A stretch of DNA of 63,927 nucleotides from Macrostomum lignano (taxonomy: Eukaryota). The translations under genes were made by a program, and so were the position numbers. Location of the stretch: the NCBI GenBank assembly GCA_002269645.1, contig NIVC01002424.1:1-63927 (forward strand), written 5' to 3'. The notes under the pieces are model-generated. The model was not told the origin of the DNA. It did not search any database and saw only the letters and a program-made list of their open reading frames with translations. Positions 52,220-63,927 of this stretch are shown here, piece after piece; the first letter of the stretch is position 1; each line of letters starts with the position of its first letter.

Positions 52220-55200
52220 ATGAAACTGCGGCGCCAAAATGAGTGCCTGCGGCGCTTAAATGGTGTCTGCGGCGCCAAAATGAGTGCCTGTGGCGCCAAA
52301 ATGAGTGCCTGCGGCGCTGAACTGAGTGCCTGCGGCGCTTAAATGAGTGCCTGCGGCGCTAAAATGAGTGCCTGCGGCGCCAAAATGAGTGCCTGCGGCG
52401 CTAAAATGAGTGTCTGCGGCGCCAAAATGAGTGCCTGTGGCGCCAAAATGAGTGCCTGCGGCGCTGAACTGAGTGCCTGCGGCGCTTAAATGAGTGCCTG
52501 CGGCGCTAAAATGAGTGCCTGCGGCGCCAAAATGAGTGCCTGCGGCGCTAAAATGAGTGCCTGCGGCGCCAAAATGAGTGCCTGCGGCGCCAAAATGAGT
52601 GCCTGCGGCGCCAAAATGAGTGCCTGCGGCGCCAAAATGAGTGCCTGCGGCGCCAAAATGAGTACCTGCGGCGCTTAAATGAGTGCCTGCGGCGCTAAAA
52701 TGGTGTCTGCGGCGCCAAAACGAGTGTCTGCGGCGCTAAAATGGTGTCTGCGGCGCCAAAATGAGTGCCTGCGGCGCTGAAATGAGTGCCTGCGGCGCTA
52801 AAATGAGTGCCTGCGGCGCCAAAATGAGAGCCTGCGGTGCTAAAATGAGTGCCTGCGGCGCTAAAATGAGTGCCTGCGGCGCTAAAATGAGTGCCTGCGG
52901 CGCTAAAATGAGTGCCTGCGGCGCTAAAATGAGTGCCTGCGGCGCTAAAATGGTGTCTGCGGCGCTAAAATGAGTGCCTGCGGCGCCAAAATGAGTGCCT
53001 GCGGCGCCAAAATGAGTACCTGCGGCGCTTAAATGAGTGCCTGCGGCGCTAAAATGGTGTCTGCGGCGCCAAAACGAGTGTCTGCGGCGCTAAAATGGTG
53101 TCTGCGGCGCCAAAATGAGTGCCTGCGGCGCTGAAATGAGTGCCTGCGGCGCTAAAATGAGTGCCTGCGGCGCCAAAATGAGAGCCTGCGGTGCTAAAAT
53201 GAGTGCCTGCGGCGCTAAAATGAGTGCCTGCGGCGCTAAAATGAGTGCCTGCGGCGCTAAAATGAGTGCCTGCGGCGCCAAAATGAGAGCCTGCGGTGCT
53301 AAAATGAGTGCCTGCGGCGCTAAAATGAGTGCCTGCGGCGCTAAAATGAGTGCCTGCGGCGCTAAAATGAGTGCCTGCGGCGCTAAAATGAGTGCCTGCG
53401 GCGCTAAAATGGTGTCTGCGGCGCTAAAATGAGTGCCTGCGGCGCCAAAATGAGTGCCTGCGGCGCCAAAATGAGTACCTGCGGCGCTTAAATGAGTGCC
53501 TGCGGCGCTAAAATGGTGTCTGCGGCGCCAAAACGAGTGTCTGCGGCGCTAAAATGGTGTCTGCGGCGCCAAAATGAGTGCCTGCGGCGCTGAAATGAGT
53601 GCCTGCGGCGCTAAAATGAGTGCCTGCGGCGCCAAAATGAGAGCCTGCGGTGCTAAAATGAGTGCCTGCGGCGCTAAAATGAGTGCCTGCGGCGCTGAAA
53701 TGAGTGCCTGCGGCGCTGAAATGAGTGCCTGCGGCGCCAAAATGAATGCCTGCGGCGCCAAAATGAGTACCTGCGGCGCTTAAATGAGTGCCTGCGGCGC
53801 TAAAATGGTGTCTGCGGCGCCAAAACGAGTGTCTGCGGCGCTAAAATGGTGTCTGCGGCGCCAAAATGAGTGCCTGCGGCGCTGAAATGAGTGCCTGCGG
53901 CGCTAAAATGAGTGCCTGCGGCGCCAAAATGAGAGCCTGCGGTGCTAAAATGAGTGCCTGCGGCGCTAAAATGAGTGCCTGCGGCGCTGAAATGAGTGCC
54001 TGCGGCGCTGAAATGAGTGCCTGCGGCGCCAAAATGAGAGCCTGCGGTGCTAAAATGAGTGCCTGCGGCGCTAAAATGAGTGCCTGCGGCGCTGAAATGA
54101 GTGCCTGCGGCGCTGAAATGAGTGCCTGCGGCGCCAAAATGAGTGCCTGCGGCGCCAAAATGAGTACCTGCGGCGCTTAAATGAGTGCCTGCGGCGCTAA
54201 AATGGTGTCTGCGGCGCCAAAACGAGTGTCTGCGGCGCTAAAATGGTGTCTGCGGCGCCAAAATGAGTGCCTGCGGCGCTGAAATGAGTGCCTGCGGCGC
54301 TAAAATGAGTGCCTGCGGCGCCAAAATGAGAGCCTGCGGTGCTAAAATGAGTGCCTGCGGCGCTAAAATGAGTGCCTGCGGCGCTGAAATGAGTGCCTGC
54401 GGCGCTGAAATGAGTGCCTGCGGCGCTAAAATGAGTGCCTGCGGTGCTAAAATAAGTGCCTGCGGCGCTAAAATGAGTGCCTGCGGCGCTAAAATGAGTG
54501 CCTGTGGCGCTAAAATGAGTGCCTGTGGCGCCAAAATGAGTACCTGCGGCGCCAAAATGAGTGCCTTCGGCGCTAAAATGAGTGCCTTCGGCGCTAAAAT
54601 AAGTGCCTGCGGCGCTAAAATGAGTGCCTGCGGCGCTAAAATGAGTGCCTGCGGCGCTAAAATGAGTGTCTGCGGCGCTAAAATGAGTGCCTTCGGCGCT
54701 AAAATGAGTGCCTTCGGCGCTAAAATAAGTGCCTGCGGCGCTAAAATGAGTGCCTGCGGCGCTAAAATGAGTGCCTGTGGCGCTAAAATGGTGTCTGCGG
54801 AGCCAAAATGAGTGTCTGCGGCGCTAAAATGAGTGCCTGCGGCGCTAAAATGAGTGCCTGTGGCGCCAAAATGAGTGTCTGCGGCGCTAAAATGAGTGCC
54901 TGCGGCGCTAAAATGAGTGCCTGCGGCGCTGAAATGAGTGCCTGCGGCGCTAAAATGAGTGCCTGCGGCGCTAAAATGAGTGCCTGCGGGGCTAAAATGA
55001 GTGCCTGCGGCGCTAAAATGAGTGTCTGGGGCACTAAAATGAGTGCCTGCGGCGCTAGAATGAGTGCCTGCGGCGCTAAAATGAGTGCCTGCGGCGCTAA
55101 AATGAGTGCCTGCGGCGCTGAAATGAGTGCCTGGGGCGCTAAAATGAGTGCCTGTGGCGCTAAAATGGTGTCTGCGGCGCCAAAATGAGTGTCTGCGGCG

Positions 55201-57887
55201 CTAAAATGAGTGCCTGCGGCGCTAAAATGAGTGCCTGTGGCGCCAAAATGAGTGTCTGCGGCGCTAAAATGAGTGCCTGCGGCGCTAAAATGAGTGCCTG
55301 CGGCGCTGAAATGAGTGCCTGCGGCGCTAAAATGAGTGCCTGCGGCGCTAAAATGAGTGCCTGCGGGGCTAAAATGAGTGCCTGCGGCGCTAAAATGAGT
55401 GTCTGGGGCACTAAAATGAGTGCCTGCGGCGCTAGAATGAGTGCCTGCGGCGCTAAAATGAGTGCCTGCGGCGCTAAAATGAGTGCCTGCGGCGCTAAAA
55501 TGAGTGCCTGCGGCGCTGAAATGAGTGCCTGCGGCACTAAAATGAGTGCCTGCGGCGCTGAAATGAGTGCCTGCGGCGCTAAAATGATTGCCTGCGGCGC
55601 TAAAATGAGTGCCTGCGGCGCTAAAATGAGTGCCTGCGGCGCTAAAATGGTGTCTGCGGCGCCAAAATGAGTGCCTGCGGCGCTAAAATGAGTGCCTGTG
55701 GCGCTAAAATGGTGTCTGCGGCGCCAAAATGAGTGTCTGCGGCGCTAAAATGAGTGCCTGCGGCGCTAAAATGAGTGCCTGTGGCGCCAAAATGAGTGTC
55801 TGCGGCGCTAAAATGAGTGCCTGCGGCGCTAAAATGAGTGCCTGCGGCGCTAAAATGAGTGCCTGCGGCGCTAAAATGAGTGCCTGCGGCGCTAAAATGA
55901 GTGCCTGCGGGGCTAAAATGAGTGCCTGCGGCGCTAAAATGAGTGTCTGGGGCACTAAAATGAGTGCCTGCGGCGCTAGAATGAGTGCCTGCGGCGCTAA
56001 AATGAGTGCCTGCGGCGCTAAAATGAGTGCCTGCGGCGCTAGAATGAGTGCCTGCGGCGCTAAAATGAGTGCCTGCGGCGCTAAAATGAGTGCCTGCGGC
56101 GCTGAAATGAGTGCCTGGGGCGCTAAAATGAGTGCCTGCGGCGCTAAAATGAGTGCCTGCGGCGCTGAAATGAGTGCCTGCGGCGCTAAAATGAGTGCCT
56201 GCGGCGCTGAAATGAGTGCCTGCGGCACTAAAATGAGTGCCTGCGGCGCTGAAATGAGTGCCTGCGGCGCTAAAATGATTGCCTGCGGCGCTAAAATTAG
56301 TGCCTGCGGCGCTAAAATGAGTGCCTGCGGCGCTAAAATAAGTGCCTGCGGCGCTAAAATGAGTGCCTGCGGCGCTAAAATGAGTGCCTGCGGCGCTAAA
56401 ATGAGTGTCTGCGGCGCTAAAATGAGTGCCTTCGGCGCTAAAATGAGTGCCTTCGGCGCTAAAATAAGTGCCTGCGGCGCTAAAATGAGTGCCTGCGGCG
56501 CTAAAATGAGTGCCTGTGGCGCTAAAATGGTGTCTGCGGAGCCAAAATGAGTGTCTGCGGCGCTAAAATGAGTGCCTGCGGCGCTAAAATGAGTGCCTGT
56601 GGCGCCAAAATGAGTGTCTGCGGCGCTAAAATGAGTGCCTGCGGCGCTAAAATGAGTGCCTGCGGCGCTGAAATGAGTGCCTGCGGCGCTAAAATGAGTG
56701 CCTGCGGTGCTAAAATGAGTGCCTGCGGGGCTAAAATGAGTGCCTGCGGCGCTAAAATGAGTGTCTGGGGCACTAAAATGAGTGCCTGCGGCGCTAGAAT
56801 GAGTGCCTGCGGCGCTAAAATGAGTGCCTGCGGCGCTAAAATGAGTGCCTGCGGCGCTGAAATGAGTGCCTGGGGCGCTAAAATGAGTGCCTGTGGCGCT
56901 AAAATGGTGTCTGCGGCGCCAAAATGAGTGTCTGCGGCGCTAAAATGAGTGCCTGCGGCGCTAAAATGAGTGCCTGTGGCGCCAAAATGAGTGTCTGCGG
57001 CGCTAAAATGAGTGCCTGCGGCGCTAAAATGAGTGCCTGCGGCGCTGAAATGAGTGCCTGCGGCGCTAAAATGAGTGCCTGCGGCGCTAAAATGAGTGCC
57101 TGCGGGGCTAAAATGAGTGCCTGCGGCGCTAAAATGAGTGTCTGGGCACTAAAATGAGTGCCTGCGGCGCTAGAATGAGTGCCTGCGGCGCTAAAATGAG
57201 TGCCTGCGGCGCTAAAATGAGTGCCTGCGGCGCTAAAATGAGTGCCTGCGGCGCTGAAATGAGTGCCTGCGGCACTAAAATGAGTGCCTGCGGCGCTGAA
57301 ATGAGTGCCTGCGGCGCTAAAATGATTGCCTGCGGCGCTAAAATGAGTGCCTGCGGCGCTAAAATGAGTGCCTGCGGCGCTAAAATGGTGTCTGCGGCGC
57401 CAAAATGAGTGCCTGCGGCGCTAAAATGAGTGCCTGCGGCGCTAAATAGTGTCTGGGGCACTAAAATGAGTGCCTGCGGCGCCAAAATGAGTGCCTGCGG
57501 CGCTAAAATGAGTGCCTGCGGCGCTGAACTGAGTGCCTGCGGCGCTAAAATGAGTGCCTGCGGTGCTAAAATGAGTGCCTGCGGCGCTAAAATGAGTGCC
57601 TGCGGCGCTGAAATTAGTGCCTGCGGAGCTAAAATGAGTGCCTGCGGCGCTAAAATGAGTGCCTGCGGCGCTAAAATGAGTGCCTGCGGCGCTGAAATGA
57701 GTGCCTGCGGCACTAAAATGAGTGCCTGCGGCGCTGAAATGAGTGCCTGCGGCGCTAAAATGAGTGCCTGCGGCGCTAAAATGAGTGCCTGCGGCGCTAA
57801 AATGAGTGCCTGCGGCGCTAAAATGAGTGCCTGCGGCGCTAAAATGAGTGCCTGCGGCGCTAAAATGAGGGCCTGTGGCCTCAAATG
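52220..57887. repeat. 21-bp satellite GAGTGCCTGCGGCGCTAAAAT, about 270 units
   Basis: Directly visible. 20-bp variant GGTGTCTGCGGCGCTAAAAT and recurring variant blocks define higher-order repeats. Confidence 0.98.
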
Positions 57888-60390
57888 ATCGCTGACAGCA
57901 CCGATTTTGAAAATAATGTACATGTAGGAATTTATTCATGTAACATGTACATATTTAGAATTCTCAGATTTGTCCCCCCTACCATAAAATCCATGGCGAC
58001 GCCCCTCGCTACGAGTAAATTTACGCCACACTACCAATTTCTGGTGGTTAGGCTTCTTCCCTAGCTTCATATTCTGAATTTGAACTACTGATTATTTTAA
58101 AAATATGATTCCATCAATTTCAATCAGTAGAAATCAGTCAAATCAAAATCCCTACAGTGTTTTATTTTGGCAACTATTTTTTTATTCAATCTTTTGCTAT
58201 TTTTGTTTACATTTGGTTGATGTAACTGGCAACCACATCCGTTTTCACGCCTAGATACTAAATATAGTTGTCTAGTTAAGATCTCTAATGTGCATAGGGC
58301 CAATCTGTCACGGGCTAGTAGTGGAAGAAAAATATCTTAAAAGGTTTCGTTTAAAAAATTTACAAAAAGAAAAATTCCTTGTCAAACAAAACTACACAGC
58401 GGTGGTTTACAAGCTGGGAAATCTACTGGCAAAAAATCTTGTCGAAAAATCAACTGAAGTTTCGTCAGTTTTAACTGACACCGCGGGGACCACCCTGACA
58501 AGGCGCGTCGGTCAAAGAATTGCTATGGTCATTTTTCTCATGGGGAGTTTGCTCCCACAGAAGAAGCGAAAGCCACGGAATGCTATAGGCCTACTAATCT
58601 GGATTGAGAAATTTTAGACTTTCAGTCAATGAACATATTTTGTGCAAAGAATCTCAACTGTCGAATAGAATTCTAGTGAATTCAGACCTGTTAACTATTT
58701 ACCTCTTTAAAATCCAATTTAACTAAATGCCAATTAGTTAAATAAAGTGGTCTGCCTTGCCGTTTAGTTGCTCTGCCACTGCTGACAGAATAGAGATCAG
58801 GTCTTCTAAGAAAAAGGGTTTACTGAAGAGAAAGAAGCAAAAATATATAATATCTGTAACTGGAAACAAACTCATTAATATCATGCTAACGATGTTACGT
58901 AATACTGTCTAGCTGTTCACTAACGTTAATGGACTGAAGTTAAGACATTTTAGCTAACGGGTTAATGATATTGTGTTTGAAAATGCGTCATTGTTATTTG
59001 TTAACGATGTACGTGTATTATATAGCGCCAATTTTTTCCCGCAAAGAAGCGCCATTCCCACTGGCGCCAAGGCTAGATGGCAGACGCTATACTTATTTGG
59101 TGAAATCAGATAAATAGAAATAAATATAATTTAGTTAAATACAGTTTCAAGCAGTTTCAAAACAGTAAAATTAATAGCTATTTTGAAAGTTAAAGTTAAC
59201 GGATTAACGTATATTAATGTTTTACCGTTTATTTTTTCCCTTTAACTCTAACGATTAGGTCATTAACAGGGGTTAAGCTTTTAATTAACGTTACCTGACA
59301 CACTGTGTGTTAATCATTCCGTAAAAAATTCAAAAGTCTAATACCGGAATACTTTTCTTTCAAAAAACCGGCATCACTAAACCAAGTTTTAGTTAAATTA
59401 GTTCTCCTTACTCTAGAGTTCCACCCATAGTTTCAGGCTTCTATGTTTTTTCTTCAAATCTCTCCATGGCGTCTCCTCTTTTTTCACGGATGAGGTGCAT
59501 GGGATGGACGGCGGGGCACAGCGGGTGGCGCTGGTTACCCGGACCAACATATCGAGATCAGCTACCGAAATCTTCGAGATTTCCTAGATCTGCCGCCAGA
59601 GGGTAAGGCCGGTATATGTAGGAAGGTGTGAACGAAGGTGTCTTTGGTGCCGCGCGCGCGGTCGCAACTCGCAAGGGAATCGCCGGCCCCACCCGCCCCG
59701 CCTTTGCAGCCGACTGCTGGGCGATAATTTAGCAAAAAATACGAACAGAAAAAGAGTTCGGGGGCCGACCTGACAACCGGAGAATTTCTTTCTTTTCTTT
59801 GCTTTTTTCTCAGTAGATTGGTTCCGGCTTTGGACACGTCTCTGTTCGCTGCAAGGGTCCGCCCGGCCTTTAGAATTCGGCCAAGCGCACTGCTTTTTAG
59901 TTTCGCGGATATTTATTTACGGAAACTCCCCGGGGTATCGCAATCGCATAGTGAAAATAGAGCTGCTGTTGTTGCCGCGAAGCTGCCGCGCTGCTGTTGC
60001 TGCTTCTAGTGGGAGGGGGGAGGGCGGGGCGAACCGCTTGGTCACTGAACGAACGGCCGGATTACTGAGGACCCTTGAGGCTTGGCTTTGGGGTCTTTTC
60101 AACTGATGTAAAGATAGAGGAACGAACGATATAGCATATGCATGCCTAGTATCAGGCTTTAGAAACTCCTGCGCTTGTATCGGTTTAGCTGCAGTCAGAG
60201 ATATCCTGGATGTACATTACTTGGAAGCATAATAACTTTTAGCTGGTATTCAATTATTTTATTACTAGATTATTATTGGATTCGTGAAAAACAATTTTAT
60301 CACTTCTTACAATCCTACTCTTAGAATTCTCAAACAATAATATCACGCTTCTCTCCCTTAATCCATTGGAGGTTCGCCTCTTTTTGACCC

Positions 60391-60640
60391 GAAAATCTGG
60401 CCCTCTCTGACCCAAAAAATCCAACCTCTCTGACCCCAAAGATCCGTCTCTCTCTGAACCTAAAGATCCACCCTCTCTGACCCCAAAGATCCAGACTCTC
60501 TGAACCCAAAGATCCGCCTCTGAACCTCAAGATCCACCCTCTCTGACCCAAAGATCCACCTCTCTGACCCAAAGATCCACCCTCTCTGGCCACAAAAATC
60601 CACCCTTTCTGCAACCCCAAAGATCCGCCCCTTCTCCTCC
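60391..60640. repeat. Degenerate ~22-bp minisatellite CTCTCTGACCC(C)AAAGATCCAC, about 11 units
   Basis: Directly visible. Confidence 0.9.
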
Positions 60641-61520
60641 CTATAATTCTAAGGCCTAAAAATCAGTTTCTCTGGTCCATGAGTTTTAGTGACTGCATTA
60701 AAATAAGCCAAATGTGTCCATTCAGCTTGCAGTTCTTAGCATTTCTTTCCAAAAACAGCCAAAATAGAGGATGGTGAAAACACTGCGAGAACAAACATTC
60801 TTGCCTATATTGGAAAAACTTCTAAACACGATTTTCTGCTTTTCCAGTTCCAGCAGCCAGCAGGTGGTACCAGGTGAATATCGTCCAAGTCAGATCTCGA
60901 CAAGGGAATATCCGTGAGCCGCGAAAGGCTACGACTGCCTCGTGTTAAAACATCTGCACGGAATTTTGTTTCCTAAACAAAAAAAAGTTTTTCCTATTTA
61001 GAGACACTGACATTTCTTCAGAAAGTCGCGAAACACCTGCGTTTCCCTTGCCTAGTTACGCAAAATTGTCCAAAAATCAGCAAGGTGTTAATAGCGCATC
61101 GATCTGTGCCAACTTTGAAAAAATATTAACTGCATCTGCATCTATAGATGATTGAAGTTTGTTTAAGTCTCTTTCCTAGAATCGAAAAAAACGAAGGAGC
61201 TATTCGAAGATCGACTGCAAGAGAAAAAATAAGGTTGATTGAAAGCAAGCTATAGTTGGGCAATCATCCTTTTTTAAATGATTCGAGCGTTAGCAGGTGT
61301 GTTCTATATTCCTCAATCATTTTGCTAAAAAAATTGAAAAAATTGGAGAGTAGCGCTCCTTTTTTACTATACACTATGTAGGTTTTTAAATTCCAAAAAA
61401 GTATAGAGTTGCTTGATCTAAAAGACATGCACTAAAATCGTCTTAACACAGCGCCCCACGAGCACTGCTCCATCTCCTCCGAACATAACGCCCCACCCAA
61501 TAAATATAGTTCTAAAAACC

Positions 61521-62990
61521 ACTGTGCCCACCAACGCAGTGCGCCCCCAACCCAGCACAGTGCCCCCCAGCACAGTGCCCCCCCACACTGTGCCCCCACA
61601 CTGTGCCCCGCAGCACTGTGCCCCCAACACAGTGCCCCCCACACTGTGCCCCCACACTGTGCCCCCAGCACTGTGCCCCCAACACAGTGCCCCCACACTG
61701 TGCCCCCAGCACTGTGCCCCTCAACACAGTGCCCCCCACACTGAGCCCCCCAGCACTGTGCCTCCCAGCACTGTGCCCCCCCCAGCACTGTGCCTCCCAG
61801 CACAGTGCCCCCAGCACAGTGCCCCCAGCACAGTGCCCCCCACACTGAGCCCCCCAGCACTGTGCCTCCCAGCACTGTGCCCCCCCAGCACAGTGCCCCC
61901 AGCACAGTGTCCCCAGCACTGTGCCCCCAGCACTGTGCCCCCCCCCAACACTAAGCCCCAACACTGTGCCCCCCAACACTAACCCCCAGCACAGTGCCCC
62001 CAACACTGTGCCCCCAGCACTGTGCCCCCCAACACAGTGTTCCCCATACTGTGCCCCAGCACTGTGCCCCCCAGCACAGTGCCCCCAGCACAGTGCCCCC
62101 CAGCACAGTGCCCCCAACACTAAGCCCCAACACTGTGCCCCCAACACTAACCCCAGCACTGTGCCCCCAACACTGCCCCCAGCACTGTGCCCCAGCACAG
62201 TGCCCCCCAGCACAGTGCCCCCCACACTGTGCCCCCAGCACTGTGCCCCCCAGCACAGTGCCCTCCCCACACTGTGCCCCCAGCACTGTGCCCCCCAGCA
62301 CAGTGCCCCCCAGCACTGTGCCCCCCAGCACAGTGCCCCCCAGCACTGTGCCCCCCAGCACAGTGCCCCCCAGCACAGTGCCCCCAGCACTGTGCCCCCC
62401 AGCACTGTGCCCCCCAACACTAACCCCCAGCACTGTGCCCCAACACTGCCCCCAGCACTGTGCCCCCCAGCACAGTGCCCCCCAGCACAGTGCCCCCCAG
62501 CACAGTGCCCCCAGCACAGTGCCCCCAGCACAGTGCCCCCAGCACAGTGCCCCCAGCACAGTGCCCCCCAGCACAGTGCCCCCCACAGTGCCCCCACACT
62601 GTGCCCCCCAGCACAGTGCCCCCCAGCACAGTGCCCCCCCACACTGTGCCCCCCACACTGTGCCCCCCAGCACAGTGCCCCCCAGCACAGTGCCCCCACA
62701 CTGTGCCCCCCCACACTGTGCCCCCCAGCACTGTGCCCCAGCACTGCCCCCAGCACTGTGCCCCCCAGCACAGTGCCCCCAGCACAGTGCCCCCCCACAC
62801 TGGCCCCCCAGCACTGTGCCCCCAGCACAGTGCCCCCCCACACTGTGCCCCAGCACTGTGCCCCCCAGCACAGTGCCCCCAGCACTGTGCCCCCCAGTGC
62901 AGCACAGTGCCCCCCAGCACAGTGCCCCCCAGCACTGTGCCCCCCAGCACTGTGCCCCCCCAACACTAACCCCCAACACTGTGCCCCCCC
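61521..62990. repeat. C-rich ~14-15-bp minisatellite CAGCAC(A/T)GTGCCCCC, about 100 units
   Basis: Directly visible, with a variable C tract and occasional CAACACTAA(C/G)CCC units. Confidence 0.97.
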
Positions 62991-63927
62991 CCCTGCCAGA
63001 CAGCACCCCAAGCAGAGCGCCCCGTCGTCCCCTTTTTGAAGGTCGTTTACCGCGGCGAAAACTGGCACTTTACTGTTTTCAAACTTTACTGGCCTCATTC
63101 AGTTCTGTAAAACTCACGAGTTTCAAGGAAACGTCAACTTTTTCAAAATCCAATACATACACTTTAAAATTAAATTTTGATTAAATCAATGAACTAGGAT
63201 GAAAGTTACTCTGGAATTGGTGCAACAGTGTCAAACAAAAACTATCCCCATAAATTTGATGGACTCCCATGCATGATAGGTTTCAGTATTTCAAGGCAGA
63301 GCTATATAACCCGATATGGGCCCACCTCTTGATGTGCACAGCTGCGAGATAATAGCGCAACAGGTAGCGAGAAAACCAGATTCCAAGCACGACGTGTCGG
63401 GAGTCTACGTGGCTCGCTCGATGCATTTCAAAGAAACAAAAAACAGTTCAACAATGGGTGGATGGGAGGATGATTCAGCGTGCAGTAAGTAAGTGAGTCA
63501 GGGAATCAGAAAATATCCAATTACTGTTGCAAATGACCGTTCGTATTGGAACACCCAACAAGGATAGCATGACTGGATCATGCCATGTAATAACAATTTT
63601 ACAATAATTCATTAGATTTCAACAATTCATTTGAACTGGATAATTTCTAACATTTCTTTATCTTTTTTAGCCCTTAATTGGAAATTTAGTGGTCCTTGAC
63701 ATAAACAGTAGTTTAATATTGGGCGATATAAGCAGCATACAGGTGCAAACATGCTCTCGAATCGTCCAATCAATTCTATAACCAAAATTCATTCACCAGA
63801 TTCCTGATTTATTTTTCCTATTTTTCAATTGGCTTATACATGCGGTATGGGGACTTCACTCGCTCCCTGAAAAGTAGCTATGGTCGTAAATTATGATTTT
63901 ACCTGGCGCCAAATCCCCTGTCATTGT

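Noticed and set aside
52490-57939. Long ORFs (MSACGAK)n, (APQALIL)n, (FSAAGTH)n
   Set aside because: By-products of a 21-bp (7-codon) satellite, open on both strands, with no unique coding flanks.
58288-61400. Short ORFs and a CpG-rich patch with possible splice donors (59460-60120, 60860-60870)
   Set aside because: Could be a host promoter or exons, but no product or reading frame can be supported from sequence alone.
61521-62990. CACAGTG equals the V(D)J RSS heptamer / Transib end
   Set aside because: No nonamer at 12/23 spacing and no RAG/Transib ORF; a 7-mer match inside a palindromic repeat is uninformative.
61418-63184. Gly/Cys/Trp-rich and Pro-rich ORFs up to 528 aa
   Set aside because: They arise from a stop-free minisatellite and are open in nearly all frames.

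Overview
Eukaryotic (probably invertebrate animal) DNA made almost entirely of nested transposable elements and tandem arrays, nearly all on the minus strand. I see no rRNA, true tRNA gene, CRISPR array or prokaryotic operon. (1) 12-23305 is a Ty3/Gypsy LTR retrotransposon (gag-PR-RT-RH-IN plus an extra downstream ORF). Each of its two LTRs is split by a different Jockey/I-group LINE with its own TSD. Its interior carries a tRNA-SINE, a 136-bp Penelope-derived hairpin insert and a complete 1.7-kb non-coding TRIM. (2) 23306-26233 holds a gag remnant with an 18-bp array and a LINE-type 5' end whose ORF ends in an AlkB-like segment. (3) 26234-33350 is an R2-clade element (ZnF-Myb-RT) with no rDNA flanks, interrupted by an RTE element carrying a 2A-like motif and four C-terminal zinc fingers. 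(4) 34023-37869 has two related LTRs around a 1.9-kb nested palindrome of LINE RT and TTAGGG-type repeats. (5) 38346-45095 has an RPA1-like OB-fold pseudogene, a 43-45-bp array, a Penelope fragment with inverted pLTRs and minimal hammerhead ribozymes, a Harbinger-type MITE, an unknown ORF and a short LINE 3' end. (6) 45369-50354 is an intact hAT transposon. (7) 52220-62990 has a 5.7-kb 21-bp satellite and two minisatellites. Boundaries come from TSDs and termini read by eye; percent identities are by-eye estimates and no database search was run.
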